IMG/VR virus record: IMGVR_UViG_3300043438_001628
DNA length: 64,000 nucleotides
Reading direction: 5' to 3' (one strand)
Source of the DNA: an uncultured virus (IMG/VR IMGVR_UViG_3300043438_001628)
Lineage: Duplodnaviria > Heunggongvirae > Uroviricota > Caudoviricetes
How positions within the stretch are numbered: the stretch's first letter is position 1; each line of letters begins with the position of its first letter. This document shows, in pieces, positions 1 through 6,910 of this stretch. Position numbers and translations under genes: made by a program. The notes beneath the pieces were generated by a model. That model made no database searches. It saw only the letters and a program-made list of their open reading frames with translations, and was not told the DNA's origin.

Positions 1-12
1 CCCCGCCACCTT

Positions 13-80
13 TAATGTATCGTCTAATTAGGACTCCTCCGACGCTGGAGGGAATGTAGGTGGAAATCCTACTGCATTAA
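13..80 (+). tRNA. Atypical tRNA-like gene, possibly Val(GAC)
   Basis: 7-bp acceptor taatgta/tgcatta, D arm, T arm gtagg-tggaaat-cctac (no TTC); the anticodon arm is irregular. Confidence 0.4.
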
Positions 81-88
81 CTTTTTTA

Positions 89-170
89 GGGTAGTTCGTA
101 TAGCGGCAATTACAGAAGACTGTAAATCTTCCCTCTTCGGAGTTCATTGGTTCGAGTCCAATACTGCCCA
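89..170 (+). tRNA. tRNA-Tyr(GTA)
   Basis: gaaga-ctGTAaa-tcttc, long variable arm, GGTTCGAGTCC. Confidence 0.92.
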
Positions 171-177
171 CTTTCAT

Positions 178-215
178 CCTCACTAAGCTTTAATGGTGAA
201 GCGTCTGTCTGATAT
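178..215 (+). pseudogene. 5' half of a tRNA truncated in the anticodon loop (Phe or Ile)
   Basis: D arm gctt-taatggtg-aagc, then tctgt-ctga; no 3' half; followed directly by the promoter and ORF of an endonuclease. Confidence 0.6.
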
Positions 216-226
216 TAAATACTAAT

Positions 227-847
227 ATGGAAGATCATAAAGAATGTAGTACTTGCGGCGTGCTTATATCTAAATTCGGGTATAATCGTCATATTGTTAA
301 ATGTGATGGTAATGGTCCACAGCGAGATAGAAAAAAGTCTAAAAAGAAAAGAATCGCATGGAATAAAGGATTGACCGCTGATACTGATAGTCGTGTTCAA
401 GAGAATGCAAAAAAAGTAACAGAATCTATAAGAAAATCTGTATTAGATGGGACATATAAACTAAGAAGAATGGGAACCGAAGCCCGTAAGAGATTATCAT
501 TTCAACAGTCAGAGAAAAATCGTGGAGGTAAATGTAAGTGGTTTAATGTTAATGGTATATATGTTCAAGGTAAATGGGAATATAACATAGCATTAAAACT
601 TAATGAGTTAAATGTCGAATGGCGTAGAGGTTCTCCTATTGAATATAAAATCGATGGTAAACTAAAGCATTATACTCCTGACTTCTTTCTTGTAAAAGAA
701 AATGTTTTTCTTGAAGTTAAAGGGTATTGGTGGGGTAATGATAAAGAAAAAATGGAATGTGTATATGCTCAATATCCCGATATGAAAATATTAATAATTG
801 AAAAAATACAGTATGAGAAAATTATGGACGGTGAGCTAGTCTGGTGA
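227..847 (+). CDS. PD-(D/E)xK homing-type endonuclease with NUMOD3-like motif
   Basis: AWNKGLT motif; YTPDFFL...LEVKG catalytic motif. Confidence 0.75.
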   Translation: MEDHKECSTCGVLISKFGYNRHIVKCDGNGPQRDRKKSKKKRIAWNKGLTADTDSRVQENAKKVTESIRKSVLDGTYKLRRMGTEARKRLSFQQSEKNRGGKCKWFNVNGIYVQGKWEYNIALKLNELNVEWRRGSPIEYKIDGKLKHYTPDFFLVKENVFLEVKGYWWGNDKEKMECVYAQYPDMKILIIEKIQYEKIMDGELVW

Positions 848-904
848 CATCAGCGCTTGGTTGAAGCCCAAGAGAAGCAGGTTCGATTCCTGCACCGTCC
901 ACCA
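826..904 (+). tRNA. tRNA-Phe(GAA)
   Basis: cttgg-ttGAAgc-ccaag, T arm, encoded CCA; overlaps the last codons of the endonuclease. Confidence 0.88.
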
Positions 905-913
905 GTTTCAAAC

Positions 914-991
914 GGGCCGTACCCTTGTGGGCATCCAAATCAGTGAAATGTGGAGGTTAGGTAATAAGTTGGACGATACCAACACGGCACA
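914..991 (+). ncRNA. Degenerate tRNA-like element
   Basis: Closing stem gccgt/acggc with a T-arm-like hairpin gttgg/ccaac. Confidence 0.3.
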
Positions 992-1002
992 CTATTTCAA
1001 AA

Positions 1003-1076
1003 GCAGCCGTAGCTCAGCTGGATAGAGCACTCGCCTTCTAAGCGAATGGTCACTGGTTCAAATCCAGTCGGTTGTA
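1003..1076 (+). tRNA. tRNA-Arg(TCT)
   Basis: tcgc-ctTCTaa-gcga cloverleaf. Confidence 0.92.
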
Positions 1077-1084
1077 CTTTTTAA

Positions 1085-1153
1085 TGCTCGCTGGAATCCT
1101 GCATGTCGCGATCAGGATAACCTGTGCTGTGTGAACCAGACGGTGAGCAACCA
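1085..1153 (+). ncRNA. Small RNA with acceptor stem and ACCA end but a non-tRNA core
   Basis: tgctcgc/gtgagca plus ACCA; internal ctgg/ccag and atcctg/caggat helices. Confidence 0.5.
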
Positions 1154-1158
1154 ATTTC

Positions 1159-1229
1159 GCGGGATTAGTTTAATGGTAAAATAATAGCCTTCCAAGCTGA
1201 AGTCGAGAGTTCGATTCTCTCATCCCGTA
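1159..1229 (+). tRNA. tRNA-Gly(TCC)
   Basis: tagc-ctTCCaa-gctg, T arm gagag-ttcgatt-ctctc. Confidence 0.9.
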
Positions 1230-1234
1230 TTTTT

Positions 1235-1393
1235 TTACCACGCCACATATGGCAACGAAATCATATGTGAGCGATTGAGTTGAGTTTGCACTAGCCATGT
1301 GAGCAAAATAACTCAACGTATTCCGACGCACGATAGTAAAATTAGGTGGCTCTAGATAATATCTGTCCTCTGTGATTCTCGGTAGTGTGGTAA
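1235..1393 (+). ncRNA. Structured ncRNA of about 160 nt
   Basis: 9-bp closing stem ttaccacgc/gtgtggtaa; hairpins cacatatg/catatgtg and gttgagtt/aactcaac. Confidence 0.55.
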
Positions 1394-1402
1394 AGCTTTC
1401 AT

Positions 1403-1479
1403 CTGGTATTAGCGAAGCTTGGTATCGCGCCTGATTTGGATTCAGGAGATCGTAGGTTCAAATCCTACATACCAGACCA
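1403..1479 (+). tRNA. tRNA-Pro(TGG)
   Basis: cctga-ttTGGat-tcagg, CCA end. Confidence 0.92.
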
Positions 1480-1482
1480 ATT

Positions 1483-1584
1483 AAACATGTAGTTCAGTAG
1501 TAGATCACATCTTCTCTATGATGGTAAGCTACGCCGCAAAAGAGAGAAGCTCTGAGGACGCAGGTGCAATTCCTGCCATGTTTA
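1483..1584 (+). ncRNA. tRNA-like RNA with expanded anticodon domain
   Basis: Acceptor aaacatg/catgttt, D-like arm, T arm gcagg-tgcaatt-cctgc; central domain of about 50 nt with a cttctct/agagaag stem. Confidence 0.6.
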
Positions 1585-1597
1585 AGATTATTTTAAT

Positions 1598-1686
1598 GGG
1601 TGTGTGGCTGAGTCTGGCTTAAGGCGCTCGCCTTGAAAGCGAGAGAGGTCTGAAAGCCTCCGTGGGTTCGAATCCTACCGCACCCG
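1598..1686 (+). tRNA. tRNA-Ser(TGA)
   Basis: ctcgc-ctTGAaa-gcgag, long variable arm, G73. Confidence 0.92.
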
Positions 1687-1695
1687 CTTTTTAAT

Positions 1696-1766
1696 TGGCA
1701 TATAGCGTAATGGTAGCGCAACTGACTTTGACTCAGTGTGTGGGGGTTCGACTCCCTCTATGCCTG
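1696..1766 (+). tRNA. tRNA-Gln(TTG)
   Basis: actga-ctTTGac-tcagt. Confidence 0.9.
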
Positions 1767-1880
1767 CTTTTTATAGTGTAATGGCAGCACACCTCGATAG
1801 GGTTGTTGAGGTTCGATTCCTCCTTGAATATGGTAACGTAAATCCGCACGGGGAGGAACGGTTCGATTCCGGTGTTTTTC
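1767..1880 (+). pseudogene. tRNA fragments (a D arm and two T arms, no anticodon arm)
   Basis: tagtgtaatggcagcac; gaggttcgattcctc; cggttcgattccg. Confidence 0.45.
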
Positions 1881-2109
1881 CAATGTGTTGGCCATGATGA
1901 TGTAATTTACGAGGCCGTAAGAATAGATGACTGCGAGTGCGACTGACGGAGTAAGTCTTTTTAGACCGAAACAAAACAATATCTCGACAAGACCGGATAC
2001 TTGAACAAATTTCTGCTATTCAAACTTCATCGTTTAAACACATTGGTTTTGCTCGTAGGCGGTTCTATGGTAATTCATTGCTGCCTACGGGTTCTAAAAT
2101 TTCAACTTT

Positions 2110-2202
2110 TTCTACCTGATAAGAGCCTATAAGGAACGGTGATATAATGATCGTAGTGCTTCGGCCAGATTGTTTGAATCGGGCGAATCCTGCACGGTAG
2201 AA
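2110..2202 (+). ncRNA. Structured small RNA
   Basis: 7-bp closing stem ttctacc/ggtagaa with internal helices, T-rich flanks. Confidence 0.4.
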
Positions 2203-2222
2203 TGTTTTAATAAATAAAATTA

Positions 2223-2765
2223 ATGAAAAATGAAAACGCCATAATATGGGAACAGTTCTTATCCGAATCTCCTTGGGTAACACAACAAGTCCCCGATCAA
2301 TTCAATATCGATATGTCAAATATCAGTATAGAAAAGATAAAAGCTAACCCAAAAATTGGAAGTTATAAAGATTTCGAAATATACCAAAGTGTGAATGAGT
2401 ATGAAACAAGTCTATATTTTCTTAAAGATGATATATTCACTGCTTTTTATAAATACATAAAAACAGAACTTGGCAACATTCAAACAAAATTGATCTGGAA
2501 TGATCAAAAATACAAAGGATCGTTTTTGGATATTTTTGCGAATTATATAATTCCAAGATTTAAAATTATTGAGAGTGATGATATGATGACACCTCAAGCT
2601 TTTGATATGTGGAAATCTTTAATGCTGTTGAAACCGGAATATAAATTTTATGTTAAACGAGAAGATAAAATCCTAAAATTAGAATCGCCGTATGACATTC
2701 ATTTATATAAAGAACGCATGGGAGTAGACGATAAAGAGAACTCAACATTTGTGGTTCAAGAATAA
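2223..2765 (+). CDS. Hypothetical protein, possibly GNAT-like; resembles 36256..36843
   Basis: 180-aa ORF, TAAATA upstream, SDxxxT...W motif. Confidence 0.55.
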   Translation: MKNENAIIWEQFLSESPWVTQQVPDQFNIDMSNISIEKIKANPKIGSYKDFEIYQSVNEYETSLYFLKDDIFTAFYKYIKTELGNIQTKLIWNDQKYKGSFLDIFANYIIPRFKIIESDDMMTPQAFDMWKSLMLLKPEYKFYVKREDKILKLESPYDIHLYKERMGVDDKENSTFVVQE

Positions 2766-2768
2766 CAC

Positions 2769-2841
2769 GGGAGTATAATTCAATTGGTAGAATACCTCAC
2801 TTTTAATGAGTAAGTTTCGGGTTCAAGTCCCGATGCTCCCA
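2769..2841 (+). tRNA. tRNA-Lys(TTT)
   Basis: ctca-ctTTTaa-tgag, GGTTCAAGTCC. Confidence 0.92.
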
Positions 2842-2874
2842 CTTTTTTTAATTTCTTGCAGAAGAGAGGAAAAA

Positions 2875-3054
2875 AGTAGCTGATTCAGCTACTGGCGGTT
2901 CCTCAGAAGAAGTCGTGTTCTTCTTAGTGTAAATGTCAAGCCACGAACCAAGCACGCTGCTATATATTTTATAAATGTTTGTTGAGTCGCGCTCAACTGA
3001 TCTGGAATAAGCAGGAGGAGGTCTAGAAAGAACGATGATAAACCCTGCACAAAT
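2875..3054 (+). ncRNA. Two adjacent structured elements
   Basis: Hairpins agtagctga/tcagctact and agaagaa/ttcttct; three-way junction tttgt/acaaa, gttgag/ctcaac, gcagg/cctgc. Confidence 0.35.
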
Positions 3055-3097
3055 TTAGTTGACTTCTTCGAAAGAGAGGTTAAAATATTAACATAAA

Positions 3098-3172
3098 TCC
3101 CAAGTAGCTCAATGGTAGAGCGGTGCGCTGTTAACGCATAGGTTGTAGGTTCGAGCCCTACCTTGGGAGCCA
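3098..3172 (+). tRNA. tRNA-Asn(GTT)
   Basis: gtgcg-ctGTTaa-cgcat, GCCA end. Confidence 0.93.
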
Positions 3173-3202
3173 AATTCAAAGGAACCTTAATATAATTACA
3201 GT

Positions 3203-3517
3203 ATGAGCGGAGGACATTTTGATTATAAACAATACGACATTTTCGAAATCGCTAGAGAGATTGAACGTCTCATTAAATTCAATGATTCTGATCAGGTTAA
3301 CGAATATGGTGACAGAATCGGTAGAGACTTCAGCGGTGAAACAATCACAAAATTCAAGACCGCCGTTGACATCCTAAGTCAAGCTGCTATCATGGCACAA
3401 AGAATCGATTGGTTGGTTAGCGGCGACGATGGAGAAGAAACGTTTCATCAACGCTGGGATGAAGATCTAACAAATTTACTTGATTTGCTTGGAGAGGGTC
3501 TGGAAGAGCATGCATAA
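3203..3517 (+). CDS. Phage hypothetical protein (MSGGHFDY N-terminus)
   Basis: 104-aa ORF preceded by GGAACCTTAA-TATAAT-N6-ATG. Confidence 0.7.
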   Translation: MSGGHFDYKQYDIFEIAREIERLIKFNDSDQVNEYGDRIGRDFSGETITKFKTAVDILSQAAIMAQRIDWLVSGDDGEETFHQRWDEDLTNLLDLLGEGLEEHA

Positions 3518-3570
3518 TGAGGGGCAGTACCTCAAGACTCTACAAAAACTCCAAGCACCAATTTAAAAAA

Positions 3571-3795
3571 AGCCAAGCTGACTGGTCATCGGCTAGTGTG
3601 TTCGCGAAAGACACTTGATGGTAAGGCACCATTGAGTCCACATGAAGGGAAGCCAGTAATACTGGTAAAAATCGCAAGTCTAGCTCAAGGTGACTCTTGG
3701 GAAGGATGCCTCGGCTGCGTGAAGCTTGTTATGTAACTGTTGGCTGGAGCGAAAGCTTTGAAGGTTGACCACTTTCTTCGGAAGGGTTACAATCA
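3571..3795 (+). ncRNA. Multi-stem, probably double-pseudoknotted ncRNA of about 225 nt
   Basis: agccaa/ttggct closing stem, five or more hairpins, loop-distal pairings tggtca/tgacca and aggca/tgcct. Confidence 0.6.
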
Positions 3796-3821
3796 CGAAA
3801 TTTTAAAACAATATACATATT

Positions 3822-4370
3822 ATGGAAATACCCAAAGAATTACTCGAATCATTATTAGCTGATAATTTATCAACATATAAAATTGCCGATAAATTGGGTA
3901 TATCGCAAACTAATGTCAGATATTGGCTTATGAAACATGGGATTGTCAAAACCCCCCCTCCAAAAAGGCCAATACGACACTGTGAGTTTTGTAATAAAAT
4001 AATGTGTACTAATTCAAATGTAAAAAGATATTGCAATAATTTATGTCATAAAAACTATCAAAATGCACAATCGATAAAAGAATGGCAATCTGGTGGCATT
4101 GATTATGTTGGATATAATGGTAAAAACATGTTAATTAAACCATTTATTAAAAATTATCTGTTGGAAAAACATGATCACAAATGCCAAAAATGTGGGTGGG
4201 GAGAAATGCATGAAATAACAAAAAAAGTCCCTCTTCAAATTCATCACATAGACGGTAATCCAACAAATTGCACAGAACTTAATCTACAAGTATTATGTCC
4301 AAATTGTCATACATTAACTCACAATTATGGTAATTTAAATCGAGTTTCTCCTAGAGTTAGAAAAGATTGA
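3822..4370 (+). CDS. HNH homing endonuclease with N-terminal HTH
   Basis: CQKCG...LQIHHIDGNPTN...NLQVLCPNCH. Confidence 0.9.
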   Translation: MEIPKELLESLLADNLSTYKIADKLGISQTNVRYWLMKHGIVKTPPPKRPIRHCEFCNKIMCTNSNVKRYCNNLCHKNYQNAQSIKEWQSGGIDYVGYNGKNMLIKPFIKNYLLEKHDHKCQKCGWGEMHEITKKVPLQIHHIDGNPTNCTELNLQVLCPNCHTLTHNYGNLNRVSPRVRKD

Positions 4371-4373
4371 AAT

Positions 4374-4471
4374 TTTATAGGTCTGGGCAGCCAGATGATA
4401 TTGAGCACTCGGCTTCGATTACCGTAACCTCAATACACGAAGAGACGAATTGATCAGCGTTCGCCTATAAA
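4374..4471 (+). ncRNA. Structured small RNA
   Basis: Closing stem tttataggt/gcctataaa; hairpins ctgg/ccag, tattgag/ctcaata, cgaa/ttcg. Confidence 0.45.
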
Positions 4472-4478
4472 CTTTTCC

Positions 4479-4550
4479 GCCGGATTAGCACAGTGGTAGT
4501 GCAATCGCCTTGTAAGCGATAGGTCGTCGGTTCAAATCCGACATCCGGCT
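4479..4550 (+). tRNA. tRNA-Thr(TGT)
   Basis: atcgc-ctTGTaa-gcgat. Confidence 0.93.
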
Positions 4551-4556
4551 CTTAAT

Positions 4557-4630
4557 GGATGCGTAGCTCAGCTGGTTAGAGCACAGCTTTGATAAAGCTG
4601 GGGTCGTTGGTTCGAGTCCAACCGTGTCTA
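4557..4630 (+). tRNA. tRNA-Ile(GAT)
   Basis: cagct-ttGATaa-agctg. Confidence 0.92.
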
Positions 4631-4638
4631 CTTTTTTT

Positions 4639-4711
<73 letters not shown>

Positions 4712-4719
4712 CTTTTATC

Positions 4720-4791
4720 GGCGTGGTGGGAGAGTGGTTATTCAGCAGATTGCAAATCTGCCTTATGTCAGTTCGATTCTGACTCACGCCT
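4720..4791 (+). tRNA. tRNA-Cys(GCA)
   Basis: gcaga-ttGCAaa-tctgc, U73. Confidence 0.88.
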
Positions 4792-4794
4792 CTT

Positions 4795-5001
4795 ATGTTT
4801 AAAACAAAATACAGAATCAGGGAATACGTTAAAGCTAATGGCAGCTCATCGTATTTTATTCAAAGAAAGTTTTTACTCTTCTTTTGGGAAGACCTCGATT
4901 ATTGGGCCAATCCATACCCGTACAGTTCATTGATCGAAGCAAGGAACGAGATCGATAGGTTGCACAGTAATGAAATCGTAAGGTCTAAAATCCATTATTA
5001 A
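4795..5001 (+). CDS. Hypothetical protein
   Basis: 68-aa ORF filling the gap between two tRNAs. Confidence 0.6.
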   Translation: MFKTKYRIREYVKANGSSSYFIQRKFLLFFWEDLDYWANPYPYSSLIEARNEIDRLHSNEIVRSKIHY

Positions 5002-5007
5002 CCTAAC

Positions 5008-5079
5008 GCGGGATTGGCGCAGTGGTAGCGCAGCTCCTTTACACGGAGAAGGTCGTAGGTTCGAATCCTACATCCCGTA
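5008..5079 (+). tRNA. tRNA-Val(TAC)
   Basis: ctcc-ttTACac-ggag. Confidence 0.92.
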
Positions 5080-5086
5080 TTTTTAT

Positions 5087-5926
5087 ATGAAAACAGTATT
5101 AGTGACAGGATCACATGGATTTGTCGGTACTCAGTTAGTTACTCAATTATTGAACGGTGGACAATACCGTGTTATCGCAGTTGATGATTCAATTATCTTG
5201 GGTTATTCCGAGTATAACAACCTGATTATCTGCAATACATCTTATGATAATATTGCAAATTTTCAGAATGTTGATGCTGTTGTTCACTTAGCGAATTATA
5301 AATATAATGATAATTCCAATCGATTGGCGTTTGACATCGCAGCGCTTCCGAAGTTCCTAAACAAATTTCAACCTCATGTGAAATTTGTATACGCATCATC
5401 AGCTGCTGTGTATGATGAAAACTATGATGTGAATCCATCCACAATGTATGGATTGTCCAAGTTGACACAGGAAAATATTTTACTCGGAAGTGACTTTAAT
5501 AATTTATCAATCTTGAGATTTTTTAATATATACGGTAAATCATCAAACGGTGGCGTGATACAAAATTTCAAAAATGCTATCGTAAACAATGAGCCTATCT
5601 ACATCAATGGTGATGGTAACTCCACGAGAGATTATATACATGTTTCCGATATTGTTAATTCGATTATCAAAGAAATTGAATGTGAAAGCACTGGCAAGAT
5701 CATCAAAAATATAGGCACTGGAATAGGCACAAGTTTAAATAATCTGGCTTCTATTATGTTTGATGTGTTTGGAAAATCCACAACAGTGATACACAATCAA
5801 AATGCAGATTGTGGTATACAGTTTTCAATAGCTCCAAATCATTTGTATAATTGCTTGGATCTGAAAACGGGATTGAGAGAATTCCAGATTGACAATTCCA
5901 GAAACGGTGATAAGATACTTGCATGA
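5087..5926 (+). CDS. NAD-dependent epimerase/dehydratase (extended SDR)
   Basis: VTGSHGFVG, ASSAAVY, YGLSK, LRFFNIYG, GDGNSTRDYIHV. Confidence 0.9.
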   Translation: MKTVLVTGSHGFVGTQLVTQLLNGGQYRVIAVDDSIILGYSEYNNLIICNTSYDNIANFQNVDAVVHLANYKYNDNSNRLAFDIAALPKFLNKFQPHVKFVYASSAAVYDENYDVNPSTMYGLSKLTQENILLGSDFNNLSILRFFNIYGKSSNGGVIQNFKNAIVNNEPIYINGDGNSTRDYIHVSDIVNSIIKEIECESTGKIIKNIGTGIGTSLNNLASIMFDVFGKSTTVIHNQNADCGIQFSIAPNHLYNCLDLKTGLREFQIDNSRNGDKILA

Positions 5927-6249
5927 CGTTGAACGAATACCAACAGATGGCAGTTGAAACCGCAGTTTATGGCGATGGGGATAAGATCATTTACCCAACA
6001 CTGGGACTGTGTGGAGAGGCTGGTGAAGTTTCAGATAAGGTTAAAAAAATTATACGAGACAAAAATGGAATCTTTGATGAAGAATCAAAGCTGGCTATTG
6101 CCAAAGAGATCGGTGATGTAATTTGGTATTGTGCTGCTTTGGCTAGAGATTTAGACTCTTCTCTCGAAGAGATTTGCACGATCAATATCGAGAAGCTAAA
6201 ATCCCGACAACAGAGAGGTGTGATAGCTGGATCAGGAGACGATAGATAA
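5923..6249 (+). CDS. mazG: MazG-like nucleotide pyrophosphohydrolase
   Basis: LGLCGEAGEV..KVKK...EIGDVIWY. Confidence 0.88.
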   Translation: MTLNEYQQMAVETAVYGDGDKIIYPTLGLCGEAGEVSDKVKKIIRDKNGIFDEESKLAIAKEIGDVIWYCAALARDLDSSLEEICTINIEKLKSRQQRGVIAGSGDDR

Positions 6250-6255
6250 ATTTAT

Positions 6256-6337
6256 GCCCATGTGGTGAAACTGGTATCCACAACGAACTTAAAATTCGTC
6301 GCCGTTAGGCTTGTCGGTTCGAGTCCGACCATGGGTA
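6256..6337 (+). tRNA. tRNA-Leu(TAA)
   Basis: acgaa-ctTAAaa-ttcgt, long variable arm. Confidence 0.9.
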
Positions 6338-6347
6338 CTTTAATTTT

Positions 6348-6467
6348 ATGAAGAAACAGCAACGAGACGTTAAGAGGGTAAAGCGTAAAGGTATTCACGC
6401 TAAGAGCAAGACATCAAAGCTAAAGAATTCCAAGAATTACAAGAAGCTATATAGAGGTCAAGGTTAA
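6348..6467 (+). CDS. 39-aa highly basic peptide (below the ORF-track cutoff)
   Basis: MKKQQRDVKRVKRKGIHAKSKTSKLKNSKNYKKLYRGQG; the stop overlaps the next ATG (TAATG). Confidence 0.65.
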   Translation: MKKQQRDVKRVKRKGIHAKSKTSKLKNSKNYKKLYRGQG

Positions 6468-6736
6468 TGAAAATTAAATGTACACAGCACATAGAAGCTG
6501 AAATTACATGGCATGATCGACTTGAAATAACAGAAAAAACACTGCGCAGGATTCTCGATTGGCCTGATCATACCTATGTTTCTCAGGATGGTAGACTTAT
6601 AACAGATGTTATATACTCTACATCCCATGCTTGGACTGATAAAGTAGAGCTTCGTAAGGAAGCTACTGAAGATGATAAAGCCTTACAAAGGATTGTTAAT
6701 CTTATTCGTGCCAGTAAATATAAATACAAAGATTGA
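6467..6736 (+). CDS. Hypothetical protein
   Basis: 89-aa ORF coupled to the upstream gene. Confidence 0.6.
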   Translation: MKIKCTQHIEAEITWHDRLEITEKTLRRILDWPDHTYVSQDGRLITDVIYSTSHAWTDKVELRKEATEDDKALQRIVNLIRASKYKYKD

Positions 6737-6744
6737 GTTGAAAT

Positions 6745-6817
6745 GTGGACTATGGTGTAACGGTTAGCATTGGAGATTGTGATTCTCCCGGAGAGGGTTC
6801 GAGTCCCTCTAGTCCAA
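6745..6817 (+). tRNA. tRNA-His(GTG)
   Basis: ggaga-ttGTGat-tctcc, G-1 present. Confidence 0.88.
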
Positions 6818-6823
6818 TTTTAT

Positions 6824-6910
6824 GGAAGGTTGCCAGAGCGGTTTATTGGGACACTTTGCTAAAGTGTTGGAGTTTAAAAGCTTCCGTGGGTTCGAATCCC
6901 ACACCTTCCT
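6824..6910 (+). tRNA. tRNA-Ser(GCT)
   Basis: acact-ttGCTaa-agtgt, long variable arm. Confidence 0.88.

Noticed and set aside
1935..1972. Hammerhead ribozyme
   Set aside because: The core reads CUGACGGA with extra unpaired bases, and stems I and III with a cleavage triplet could not be placed
1758..3179. Short minus-strand ORFs over the tRNA array (also 6745..6993 and 59863..60078 on +)
   Set aside because: They overlap RNA genes and lack coding features
3571..4471. Group I intron or RNase P RNA around the HNH gene
   Set aside because: No recognisable P7 core, no interrupted host gene and no GAGGAAAGUCC motif
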